DNA of 34,702 nt from a bacterium UBP13_UBA5359. GTDB taxonomy: Bacteria > UBP13 > UBA5359. The notes below the pieces were generated by a model. It saw only the letters and a program-made list of their open reading frames with translations. It was not told the origin of the DNA and searched no databases. Below, in pieces: positions 8,613-17,876 of the stretch. The stretch covers positions 140,995-175,696 of the forward strand of contig DHPR01000013.1 in NCBI GenBank assembly GCA_002410925.1, written 5' to 3'. Within the stretch, counting starts at the first letter, position 1. Each line of letters begins with the position of its first letter. The translations under genes were made by a program, and so were the position numbers.

Positions 8613-9122
8613 ATGAAAAGAGAATTGTGTTCATTTATCAAAAAAGATGATTTTGAAATCTTGGAGTATACTCCGACTATATTTCACCTCTTTTATGATC
8701 GGATAGAGTATATTTCCTTTCAACGAAAAATTAGGTTTTTGTTTGAATATTTTAGAGGTTATAAAGTCTATTATCTTCTTGCTAATCATACTATTGTTGG
8801 TTATTGTGTCGTTTCAAAAGGGGGTGGCCGATACGCATTCGCTTCATGCAATGATATTGTAGTCGGTCCATATTATATTATTCCAAAGTTTCGAGGAAAA
8901 CATTATTCTGAAATTTTGTTATCAGAACTGTTAAATTGCGATAAATATTCTAAATTGACTGCATATGTTTGGATTAGAAAAAATAATATTCCAAGTTTAA
9001 AATGTTCTGAAAAAGTCGGATTTTGTGTGAATGGTGAAGCAAATATTGTCGGTCTCCTGCGAAAAATCAAGATAGTTTATGATGGAAGCGGTGAATATTA
9101 TGTATTTAAATATGGTAAATAA
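8613..9122 (+). CDS. GNAT family N-acetyltransferase
   Basis: IVGYC, YYIIPKFRGKHYS (motif A), NIPSLKCSEKVGF (motif B). SD GAGGTG before ATG 8613; the ORF track start is 8583. Confidence 0.78.
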   Translation: MKRELCSFIKKDDFEILEYTPTIFHLFYDRIEYISFQRKIRFLFEYFRGYKVYYLLANHTIVGYCVVSKGGGRYAFASCNDIVVGPYYIIPKFRGKHYSEILLSELLNCDKYSKLTAYVWIRKNNIPSLKCSEKVGFCVNGEANIVGLLRKIKIVYDGSGEYYVFKYGK

Positions 9123-9125
9123 TTA

Positions 9126-10313
9126 ATGAATGTTCTAGTTTTTAGTCAATATTATTATCCAGAACAGTTCCTTATTAATGACGTTTGTGAAACACTAGTG
9201 GAAAATGGACATAAAGTTACCGTTATCACCGGAATGCCAAATTACCCGTATGGGAAAATATACTCGGATTATATAAATTTTATCGGGGATCGAGAGATTA
9301 TCAACGGGGTCGAGGTTATACGCTGTAATGTTCGCCCTCGGAAAAACGGAATAATTAACTTGCTGTTAAATTATTATTCTTATATGAATAAAGCCTCGAG
9401 AAAGGTCAAAAGCATTTCATCGGATTATGATGTTGTATTCAATTATCAGCTTTCTCCGCTGACACAGGCGATACCCGCGATACTGTACAAGAAAAAGAAC
9501 AAAAAAGGCTTAGTAATTTATTGCCTTGATGTTTACCCTCGATCCGGCAGCGATTATACTAAGAGAATCCCGTTTACTTATTCCTGCATAAAATACTTAT
9601 CAAAAAAGATATACAATGCGGCAGACAAGGTTGCCGTTTCATCTGAACCTTTTATACCATATCTTCATGATGAAGTCGGAATACCCAATGAAAAATTAAC
9701 CTATATTCCACAGCATTCTGATGCAAGTCTTCTTAATGCTGATCTCTCATCGGAGGATAACGGGATTGTTGATTTTATGTTCGCGGGAAATGTCGGAAAA
9801 GGGCAAAGGCTTGATATTCTCGCAGACGCCGTAAAATTACTCGAAAATGAAAAGGACTTTTTGGTCCATATAGTAGGAGACGGCTCATACCTTTATGATT
9901 TAAAGCATAAAGTAAACGCTTTCGGCATAAATGATCTGTTTCGTTTCCACGGATATCATAAACGCTCGGAAATGATCCCTTTTTATAAAATGGCAGATGT
10001 ATTGTACATATCCCTCAGAAAAGAGAATCTTACCCTCCCGGGAAAATTTCAAACGTATTTATCCGCAGGCAAACCGATTATAGGCGCTATTGACGGAGCT
10101 GCGTGCAAAATAATAGACGAGCTTCAATGTGGTCTTTACGCGCCGGCAGAAGATACTCAAGCACTTGCCGCTGTGATGAAAAGATATATAAACCATACTG
10201 CCCCGACAGTGGACAGCGAAAAGATGAAAGCATATTTTATAGATAATTTCACTCTTTTGAAATTTACGGATCAACTGCTAAAACTGCTTGGCGAAGCAGC
10301 TCTCGGGCAGTGA
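9126..10313 (+). CDS. Glycosyltransferase family 4 (WbuB-like; plausible L-FucNAc transferase)
   Basis: SQYYYPE, VITGMPNYPYG, FAGNVGKGQ, IVGDGS, LPGKFQTYLSAGKPII. Specificity is inferred from fnlABC in the same locus. Confidence 0.9.
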   Translation: MNVLVFSQYYYPEQFLINDVCETLVENGHKVTVITGMPNYPYGKIYSDYINFIGDREIINGVEVIRCNVRPRKNGIINLLLNYYSYMNKASRKVKSISSDYDVVFNYQLSPLTQAIPAILYKKKNKKGLVIYCLDVYPRSGSDYTKRIPFTYSCIKYLSKKIYNAADKVAVSSEPFIPYLHDEVGIPNEKLTYIPQHSDASLLNADLSSEDNGIVDFMFAGNVGKGQRLDILADAVKLLENEKDFLVHIVGDGSYLYDLKHKVNAFGINDLFRFHGYHKRSEMIPFYKMADVLYISLRKENLTLPGKFQTYLSAGKPIIGAIDGAACKIIDELQCGLYAPAEDTQALAAVMKRYINHTAPTVDSEKMKAYFIDNFTLLKFTDQLLKLLGEAALGQ

Positions 10314-10329
10314 TGTTAGGAAAAAGAAA

Positions 10330-11412
10330 ATGAAAATAGCGCTAATTTTATCTGGAAGCTTGAAATATGCTCCTTATGCCAAATACTATATAAATTTGCT
10401 CGAAGAAAATAAAATTGAGTATGACGTTATTTCATGGAATAGAGGAATGAGCGATGAGGGAGCAAAATATACTTTTAAAACGAAACAGGACGGAAAAAAT
10501 GCTTTAGTGGCAAAAGTTCAGAAAGCGATCAATTATTTCAGATACAGCAGTTTTGTACAAAAGGTATGTCGCGGCAAGGATTACGACTGTTTGATTATTT
10601 TTACGGTACAGATGGGGCTTATATTAAGTCGTTTTCTGCTCAAAACTCAGAAACGCAGGTACATTTTTGATATACGCGACTATTCAAAACTGGACAGGTA
10701 TATGCATAAGTTACTGGACAAGCTTTTATATAATTCTGTTCTTAACGTTGTGTCATCGCAATCCTTTGAAAAATGGTTGTTGCATGAATGTACAGTATGC
10801 CACAACGTCGATTATACGCGCTTAAACAATATAAGCAGCGAAGGAATCTCCGACCCGGTTATTCCTCCATATAAAGTGGCGTCCATAGGAAATTTTTTAG
10901 AATCGGATATTAATATCGAATTGCTAAAGCAATTATTGAATAATAAACTGTTTTGCTTTTACTATATAGGAAAAGCAAATATCGATAAGGAAAAACTAAA
11001 AAAATACGTAAACGATTACGGTGTTATGAACGTAAAAATGATGGGCGCGTATTCTCCCGATGAAACGGATACGCTTTACCGTCATAATTGCGATTTTGTT
11101 AATATAATAAGACGTGAATCTGCCATAAATAAATATGCTCTGCCAAATAAACTTTATAACGGTATTATTTTGGGTAAGCCGATAATTACAAACAGAGCGA
11201 ATATCGCAATAGCTGATCTTATTGATAGGTATTATCTTGGAATAATATTGGACGAGCCGTTTTCTTCTGAAGCGATTATAAATGAAATAAACGCTTTTGA
11301 CCGTAAAGCATTTATTAAAGGAAGAGAGAGATTTCTACACGCAGTTTTTGACGAGCAGATGTTATTCAAAAAAAATGTAATTGATGCATTGAGCTTAAAA
11401 AAAGCTTTATGA
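10330..11412 (+). CDS. Putative GT-B fold glycosyltransferase / capsule biosynthesis protein
   Basis: Soluble ORF of about 360 aa with YIFDIRDY and a C-terminal ALPNKLYNGIILGKPII motif typical of GT-B enzymes. Start chosen at ATG 10330 (MKIALI). Confidence 0.7.
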   Translation: MKIALILSGSLKYAPYAKYYINLLEENKIEYDVISWNRGMSDEGAKYTFKTKQDGKNALVAKVQKAINYFRYSSFVQKVCRGKDYDCLIIFTVQMGLILSRFLLKTQKRRYIFDIRDYSKLDRYMHKLLDKLLYNSVLNVVSSQSFEKWLLHECTVCHNVDYTRLNNISSEGISDPVIPPYKVASIGNFLESDINIELLKQLLNNKLFCFYYIGKANIDKEKLKKYVNDYGVMNVKMMGAYSPDETDTLYRHNCDFVNIIRRESAINKYALPNKLYNGIILGKPIITNRANIAIADLIDRYYLGIILDEPFSSEAIINEINAFDRKAFIKGRERFLHAVFDEQMLFKKNVIDALSLKKAL

Positions 11413-11451
11413 ATTATATAACGGCATATCCAAAAAACAGGAGCAATTCGG

Positions 11452-12681
11452 ATGCATTTGCGTTGTAAATTGGCAGGCGCTTATTGTAACAGCGGCATAG
11501 CGCGAAATACAGCATTTATGACAAGTTTATTCAGCTTTGTTATCAGTATTGTGCCAATACTGTTTACCTACAAGTCGTTTGTCCCCGGAGTGAACATGGG
11601 AGAACTGGTTCTTGTTATTTTTAGCTTTTTTACAGTTTTCACGAACAGGCAGACAGGCGGTCTTTGGAGTAAGAGGATTATGACCGTCTGGTATCTCTAT
11701 ATATTGTTTATTGCGTTCAACGCATTAATTTCTATTGCTTTAGTTAATGAAAACAGCGCTAATATTATAGTCAGGACGGTGAGATATTCATCTTATTATC
11801 TATTTGTAATAATTTGTTCGCGAAAAATAGCGGACGTTAAACAGATAATGAAATGGGTGCTACGAATATCTGTAATAATTGTCTCGGTGATAATTATTCA
11901 GTATATCCTTTATTATTCTATGGGAATGAGACTTAAATTCTACATTCCATCATTAATCTATACAGAGGGATACAATTACATAACGTATTCCAGTAATTCA
12001 TTATTCCGTCCGGCGTCATTATTTTTGGAGCCGTCTCTTATCGGACAATATCTGTACATTCCTCTTGCTTTTTGTTTGCTTTCAAAGACGGACATCAACC
12101 ACCGGTATATTTTTGCATTCATATCATCGGCAGGCATGCTTTTGTCAAAATCATTGTGGACATATATTTTTCTGATCGTTATCTGGGGCATATGGCTCCT
12201 CTCGCGTTATTTTGCAAAAGATATAAAGCATAAGTTCAGGTATCTTCCGCTGCTTATAATTGTTCCTGCTATATGTATTTATTTATGGAATACTACAATT
12301 GTTCAGGATGCAGTATCCAGACTGATGTTGGATAATATTACCGAGAGTGCTGCTTTTAGATCTCGCTTCAGCGGTTATGATGTGCTTGATATATTTAGCG
12401 TAAGCGAAAGGATATTCGGTATCGGGTTCGGTAATCTTCGAGGATTTTCTGCTTCAAATTATATACTCTACGTTCTTATCGGGACAGGCTACATCGGTGT
12501 TGCTTTATTCTTTTTGTTCTGTTTTATTTCCTTTATGTCTGTGCGGACAAGATGGCAGAGAACGGCTTTGTTGTGTTTCTTTTTGCTTTGTTGGGGGGGA
12601 AACGCAATGCTGAGTGTAAACTGCGTTTTACAGCTTTCCGTCTGTTTCGCGTATTTTAACGATGCAAAAATCAACGAATAA
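11452..12681 (+). CDS. wzy: Polysaccharide polymerase (Wzy) / O-antigen ligase-like membrane protein
   Basis: Highly hydrophobic with roughly ten predicted TM segments, RPASLFLEPS motif, a late periplasmic loop ending in FGIGFG, and a position among the glycosyltransferases. Start codon uncertain. Confidence 0.8.
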   Translation: MHLRCKLAGAYCNSGIARNTAFMTSLFSFVISIVPILFTYKSFVPGVNMGELVLVIFSFFTVFTNRQTGGLWSKRIMTVWYLYILFIAFNALISIALVNENSANIIVRTVRYSSYYLFVIICSRKIADVKQIMKWVLRISVIIVSVIIIQYILYYSMGMRLKFYIPSLIYTEGYNYITYSSNSLFRPASLFLEPSLIGQYLYIPLAFCLLSKTDINHRYIFAFISSAGMLLSKSLWTYIFLIVIWGIWLLSRYFAKDIKHKFRYLPLLIIVPAICIYLWNTTIVQDAVSRLMLDNITESAAFRSRFSGYDVLDIFSVSERIFGIGFGNLRGFSASNYILYVLIGTGYIGVALFFLFCFISFMSVRTRWQRTALLCFFLLCWGGNAMLSVNCVLQLSVCFAYFNDAKINE

Positions 12682-12707
12682 GAAATTACTTACTGTGAGG
12701 CTATAAA

Positions 12708-15056
12708 ATGAAATTATCGATAATTACGATCCATTGCCAAACAAATTTCGGCTCGGTATTGCAAAGCTTTGCGCTGTATAATTTTCTTGCCAGCGCAGGT
12801 TATGACAGTGAAATCATAGATTACCGCCCGGATTATATAGACAGCAATCTGGGAAGTGGTATCAAAATTTTTATAAAAAAACTGTTACTTTCAGGAAAAC
12901 GGAAACGAGCCAAAAATCTTTATGACTCATTTATTGCGGGAAATATCAAGCTGACTCCCACAACATACAGAAGCTGTGAGGAACTTAAGAAAAATCCCCC
13001 TGAGACAGATCTTCTCATCTCCGGGAGCGATCAGCTTTGGAATTTAAATTATAAATGTGGGCATGACGACAGCTATAAACTCTTGTTCACTGATAATCTA
13101 CCGAAAATATCTTATGCGACGAGCCTTAACGCCATAGGTATGGCTGAAGAGGATACTAAGCGGCTGGCAGGTAAAATCTCCGCTTTCAGGTCTCTTTCGG
13201 TGAGAGAAAGATCCTCCGCCGAATTGCTGAGCAGAGCAATGGGCCGCAGCGTGGAGTGGGTATGCGATCCGGTCTTTCTGCTTGATAAAAATACTTATGA
13301 GAGCATGTGTAAGAAGCCTGAATACGATGATTATATACTCGTCTATCTTGCGGATAAGGGCGAACTTCTTGATGAAGCCGTAAAATATATGAAAGACAGG
13401 CTATCCTGCAAGGTAGTATTCGTAGGAGGAGCGCTGCCTAAATGTAAGTGCGATGTTCACATAAAGGGTGCCGGCCCCGAGGAAATGCTGGCGCTTATCA
13501 GACATGCAAGATTTATAATAACGGGTTCATTCCATGCCACTTCGTTTTCTCATATTTTTCATAAGGATTTCATGACTCTTATGCTTGGGGAAAACAGCGA
13601 ACGCATAAGCAGCTTGGTATCACTGACGGGTCTAAATGATCAGCTGGTAAAAAATAAAAATGATTTTGAAAGAGTAAAATGCAACATCAATTTTTCTCAT
13701 TCCGATGTGGCGCTAAAGAAATTTTCGGAAAAATCCAAAAAGTGGCTTGTTGACAATATTAACTATAGTAAGGCCGTTTATGGAAAGCGACCTTATTCCG
13801 AATTCCGAAGTGATAATATGACCCCTCTCAAAGCAGAAAGCGAATGCTGCGGATGCGGAGTCTGTGCCGACAGCTGTCCTAAAAACGCCATAAGTATGCG
13901 TGAGGATAGATACGGCTTTTTGTATCCGGCGGCAGACGAAGCTCTCTGCATCAACTGCGGACTGTGTGAAAAGATCTGTGCTCTGAAAAACAGCAGTCTT
14001 GATAATAAACCGCTTGCCGTATATGCTGGAGTTACGCGCAAAACCGACATCACGCAGTCGGCATCCGGAGGAATATTTGCAGCTCTCGCAAATGCAGTGC
14101 TTGAGGATGGCGGCTCGGTATTCGGTGCTTCGCTTTATAGCACAGGCGGTAAACTGGTCGTGAGGCATATATGCGTTAAAGACAAGTCGGAGCTTCATAA
14201 GGTGCTCGGCAGTAAATATGTGCAGAGCGAATCGACGGGTATATTCCCGGATGTAAGAGCCGAGCTCGACAGAAAGGTTGCGGTATTATTTTGCGGAACG
14301 CCGTGTCAATGCGACGCATTGAAACGGTATATCGGAATCCGTTATGAAAATCTGCTCCTTATCGATATAATATGTCACGGCGTCCCGAGCGGAGCGATGT
14401 TCAGCGCATATATACAAAGTCTTGAGAAAAAACTCAAGGGGGATATCATTGATTTTAAGTTCAGGGACAAGACCAGGGGTTGGGGCGGAACATGCAAATT
14501 TTTATATGATAAAAATAAAAAAACCAGAAGTGGATTCCTATCCCCCTCCGAGTCGTCGTATTACTCATTATTTGAAAAACGCGTTATTATGAGACCATCC
14601 TGCTATTCTTGTAAATACGCCTGTGAAAATCGTGGGGGAGACATCACCATCGGAGATTATTGGGCGGTACACGAAGAAAATCCAGAATTACTTATTGAAA
14701 ATGGCGGAAGGTTAGACGCTAAAAAGGGCGTGTCCGCCGTTATTGTAAACACAGAACATGGACTTGAAACCGTCCGTAATTATAAAGGTATATTTGATCT
14801 GTATCCGATAGAATTCGATAAGGTAAAAAAGAAAAACGAGCAGCTCTCGCATCCCTCCGCACAGCCTGATATAAGAAAAGAAATACTTGAGCTTTTTGTC
14901 GATGAAGGCTATGAAGCGCTGGAAAAACAATGGAAGAAACGCAGCGGTATCAGATATTATGTACGGTGGATAATAAACAGGATGCCAAGAAGATTAAAGA
15001 TTTTAAGCGTAAAATTGATAAAGCAGGATAATAGAAGGTGTGATAAAACCGGATGA
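12708..15056 (+). CDS. Fusion: polysaccharide pyruvyl transferase domain + 2x[4Fe-4S] ferredoxin + FrhB/FdhB-like (F420 hydrogenase beta-like) domain
   Basis: N-terminal half: NFGSVLQ, GSDQLWN, SYATS, SVRE, DPVFLL, SFHATSFS. C-terminal half: CCGCGVCADSCP, CINCGLCEKIC, SASGGIF, GSKYVQS, GTPCQ, IICHGVPS, RPSCYSC, DITIGDYW. Single uninterrupted 782-aa frame. Confidence 0.9.
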   Translation: MKLSIITIHCQTNFGSVLQSFALYNFLASAGYDSEIIDYRPDYIDSNLGSGIKIFIKKLLLSGKRKRAKNLYDSFIAGNIKLTPTTYRSCEELKKNPPETDLLISGSDQLWNLNYKCGHDDSYKLLFTDNLPKISYATSLNAIGMAEEDTKRLAGKISAFRSLSVRERSSAELLSRAMGRSVEWVCDPVFLLDKNTYESMCKKPEYDDYILVYLADKGELLDEAVKYMKDRLSCKVVFVGGALPKCKCDVHIKGAGPEEMLALIRHARFIITGSFHATSFSHIFHKDFMTLMLGENSERISSLVSLTGLNDQLVKNKNDFERVKCNINFSHSDVALKKFSEKSKKWLVDNINYSKAVYGKRPYSEFRSDNMTPLKAESECCGCGVCADSCPKNAISMREDRYGFLYPAADEALCINCGLCEKICALKNSSLDNKPLAVYAGVTRKTDITQSASGGIFAALANAVLEDGGSVFGASLYSTGGKLVVRHICVKDKSELHKVLGSKYVQSESTGIFPDVRAELDRKVAVLFCGTPCQCDALKRYIGIRYENLLLIDIICHGVPSGAMFSAYIQSLEKKLKGDIIDFKFRDKTRGWGGTCKFLYDKNKKTRSGFLSPSESSYYSLFEKRVIMRPSCYSCKYACENRGGDITIGDYWAVHEENPELLIENGGRLDAKKGVSAVIVNTEHGLETVRNYKGIFDLYPIEFDKVKKKNEQLSHPSAQPDIRKEILELFVDEGYEALEKQWKKRSGIRYYVRWIINRMPRRLKILSVKLIKQDNRRCDKTG

Positions 15057-15326
15057 AGTTATTTGAAAAACTTGCAGTTAAGAAAATAGAAGCCCTTATT
15101 GATAAAGGGACTCAAGGGCAAATAAGTCCAGAGAGATGTCGCCTGCGTCTTCAGAAAAATCAAGACAAAGCTGTCGGCCGGAAGTCAGGTCTTATCTCCC
15201 GCTAAACCATGTCAGGTTACAGCGCTGGAGCTTTATCTTGGCGAGGAGTACGACAATCTCATATGCATTGACCTTTTGTGTCGCAGTGTTCCCGGAGAAG
15301 AACTGTTTACAGCGTATTTAAGCCTG

Positions 15327-15702
15327 CTAGTCTGAGTTTACGAAATATTTCAAAAAAGCCTGGAGAAGCCCATAAAAAGAGGCTTTTCCAGAGATATCAG
15401 GTGTAGGCTTAAACGAATCTGTTAAAGTTCGGTACTTTGAAAACTTGATTCTGAATAGCGTTCTTCCTGCTGGGTGTTGTCACCGCCTTGACTTTGCCGT
15501 TTTTGGCCGGGTAGAGCAACAGCAGTTCCTTGATGGAGGAAAGCTGCTCATGCATCCTTTCCATGCTTATCTCTATCTCTGCCCGATGCAGTTGCCTCTG
15601 TAGCAGGGATGAGAGGGTTAAAGCCAACACACAATAGAAGGCATGTACTCGGATCTTTTGATCTGTCCAATGGTATACTAGTGAGAAGCTGATATGATGC
15701 GG
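15327..15702 (-). mobile_element. IS1634-family remnant: 3' end of transposase plus right end
   Basis: The minus strand 15702-15409 reads PHHISFSLVYHWTDQKIRVHAFYCVLALTL..., matching the 'PxxHWTxxxIRxHxFxCxLAL' C-terminal signature of IS1634 transposases. Host-gene homology stops at CTAG 15327 and resumes at about 15701. Confidence 0.8.
15351..15391 (-). terminator. Probable intrinsic terminator downstream of the transposase remnant
   Basis: Hairpin CTGGAGAAGCC(15360-70)/GGCTTTTCCAG(15381-91), followed on the minus strand by GCTTTTTT. Confidence 0.5.
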
Positions 15703-16298
15703 AGGTAGGGGTATAGTTTCCTTTAGCCTCAGAGATAAAAGCTACGACTGAAATTCGGTGGGCTAGGTGTCATATGTCGGAGACAGAAAGTGAAAGCAGT
15801 CCTTATATGTTTCAGAGCCTTCCTCTTATATGCTTTTTGAACAATTTGCCAGCCTTAGAAAATCCTGTTATTCCTGTTCCTTTACTTCTGCCAGACGTGT
15901 CGGAGATATAGCACTGGAAGATTATTGGGAAATACAGTACGAGCACTTGGAATATCTGAAACAAGGACTTGACACCGATAAGTGTCCTGGGCTCTAGTGA
16001 GCACGCAAAAAGGAGCTTATCTTGGACAGATACAGGGATAGTTGAAGTTTTTTCCATCGGAGCTTGGCTAGGTAAGCGAATATAATTCGACTCTTCCGCA
16101 TCCCTGAGATATTCCGTAAAAGAAAAGAGATCCTTTCTCTTTATAATAAATCTGGGTATGATGAAATAGAAAAATCGTTTGTAAAACGAAAAATCTTAAT
16201 TTTTATATATGAATGATAATAAACAGCACATCTCGGGCATAAAAAATACCTTTCGCAGATTTCTTAAGTGAGGCCTCGTAAGAGAGATAAAGGAAGCT

Positions 16299-17876
16299 AT
16301 GATTAACGAAATTACTAAAAAACTAACTAATGTATGGCGCGATAACGAAAACAAAATAAATGTGTTATCAAATATTGTTGCTCGCTTTTGGAGTATGGTT
16401 TCTGTGTACATATTTGTACCGTTTTACCTCAAGTTCCTCGGCGAGGAGCTCTATGGACTGATAACATTTTTCTCCACGCTTCAGGCCATTTTGAATATAC
16501 TCGGAATGGGCTTCTCCAAGGTTCTTCGGCGTGAATACGCTAGTTTTGACGATAGTGCCCCCTCACGGAATTACAAATACAAGCTGTTGCGCGGAATGGA
16601 ACTGCTTTTCTATGTTATGGCGGCGTGTATTGTGATCATATGTTTCTTCGGCTCAGGGTTTATTACGGACAAATGGCTGAATATCGCTGAGGTTCCCCGC
16701 GATATAGTGGTAAAAACCATTCGAATAATGGGCGTATCCATTGCGCTTCAGATAGTAGCCAATCTCTATAACGGCGGTATTATGGGCCTCGGCAGACAGC
16801 TTAGGGCAAACTTATATCTACTTGCATGGTCAACATTCCGATGTTTTGCGGTTATAATTGGACTCGCTGCGTTCGGAATCGATATCATAACTGTATATGT
16901 AATCTATGCTCTGTCTGACCTCTGTTATCTGATCGCGATGAGATTCGATCTGCCTAAGTTGATTTTCGGCGGCAGACGGAAAATCGTCTGGAAGCTTTCT
17001 GATTTCGGAATTCTGAAAAATATATGGAAGATTGCTCTTTCACTTATACTGGTGTCCCTGTTCGCTACAATAAACGGGCAGGTGAATAAGCTGATAATAA
17101 GCAATATGCTCTCGCTTACTGAACTCGGAGCATACAATCTTGCCTATTCGCTTTCCAATATTGCGTATTCACTGGCGCTTGCGCTTTCAATATCAGCTTT
17201 TCTTGACTATTCAAAGCTTTTCGGCAGTGGCGAGCTTGCAAAGCTCGATTCGCTGTATCTGTCTCATATAAAGAGACTAAATATATTTCTTCTTACTTTG
17301 GGTGCCTTCACCGCAGTTTTTTCTGGAGAGATAATTCTCCTATGGTCTGGCAATGCCAATCTCACAAAAATAGTATCGTCCACGGCTCCGCTGACAATTA
17401 TGGGGACAACGTTTCAGGCAACGCAGGTGTTTCCCTATGAATTCCTTATAGCTCGCGGCAACACAAAGCCCATAAATTGTTTTGTTATCATAAATACCAT
17501 GCTCATCCTGACGCTTTCACCGTCTCTTATCAGCCGCTTTGGCCTACTTGGCGCAGGTATGTCGTGGCTCATTTCCATGATTCTTCTTACTGGTGGCTAT
17601 TATTTTTATATCAATAGAAAATATGTCAGAAAGAATCCCTCGCTCTATTTGCTGGAGAGCATCATATTACCTCTTTCTTTTTCCTTTGCAGTTTCAATAG
17701 CAGCAAGATTCCTCATTCATGATATTGCTGGTTCCGTTGCAATTACCGTTCTTGTGGCTGTGCTGTTCGGAGCGATTACTCTCGTGTTGAATTATCTTAT
17801 CTTTGACCGAGGCTTTATTGCCGGCGCAATCAATAAATACAGACATAGAAAGCGAGTCTACCAATGCCTTTACTAA
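16299..17876 (+). CDS. wzx: Wzx-type oligosaccharide flippase
   Basis: 525 aa, multi-TM, with P-x-Y-x-x-x-LG-x-E-x-YG in the first loop, 'NKLIISNML..LGAYNLA' and 'FGLLGAGMSW' motifs of the MOP/PST family. Confidence 0.88.
   Translation: MINEITKKLTNVWRDNENKINVLSNIVARFWSMVSVYIFVPFYLKFLGEELYGLITFFSTLQAILNILGMGFSKVLRREYASFDDSAPSRNYKYKLLRGMELLFYVMAACIVIICFFGSGFITDKWLNIAEVPRDIVVKTIRIMGVSIALQIVANLYNGGIMGLGRQLRANLYLLAWSTFRCFAVIIGLAAFGIDIITVYVIYALSDLCYLIAMRFDLPKLIFGGRRKIVWKLSDFGILKNIWKIALSLILVSLFATINGQVNKLIISNMLSLTELGAYNLAYSLSNIAYSLALALSISAFLDYSKLFGSGELAKLDSLYLSHIKRLNIFLLTLGAFTAVFSGEIILLWSGNANLTKIVSSTAPLTIMGTTFQATQVFPYEFLIARGNTKPINCFVIINTMLILTLSPSLISRFGLLGAGMSWLISMILLTGGYYFYINRKYVRKNPSLYLLESIILPLSFSFAVSIAARFLIHDIAGSVAITVLVAVLFGAITLVLNYLIFDRGFIAGAINKYRHRKRVYQCLY

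Larger units (their letters stand above)
15053..16271 (+). pseudogene. Decayed second FrhB/FdhB-like gene, interrupted by an IS1634 remnant
   Basis: Fragments align by eye with the C-terminal half of the upstream fusion: GK*VQRD..PCQVTALELYLGEEYDNLICIDLLCRSVP..FTAYLS (about 15117-15326); IVSFSLRDK..SEPSSYMLF..LRKSCYSC..GDIALEDYW (about 15713-15930); RKEILSLYNKSGYDEIEK (from 16121). Multiple stops and frameshifts. ATG 15053 (MKLFEK) overlaps the upstream stop. Confidence 0.85.

Noticed and set aside
13818-15056. True F420-reducing hydrogenase subunit (energy metabolism or methanogen origin)
   Set aside because: No hydrogenase subunits nearby; the domain is fused to a pyruvyltransferase in a polysaccharide locus.
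15136-15321. 61-aa plus-strand ORF from the track
   Set aside because: Wrong frame; the meaningful translation is the overlapping FrhB-like pseudogene frame.
15745-15766. CTAG at 15763-15766 as the left end of the IS1634
   Set aside because: Poor match to the right-end sequence, and FrhB-like homology already resumes at about 15701.
15812-16057. 81-aa minus-strand ORF
   Set aside because: Antisense to the FrhB-like pseudogene fragment; no motifs of its own.
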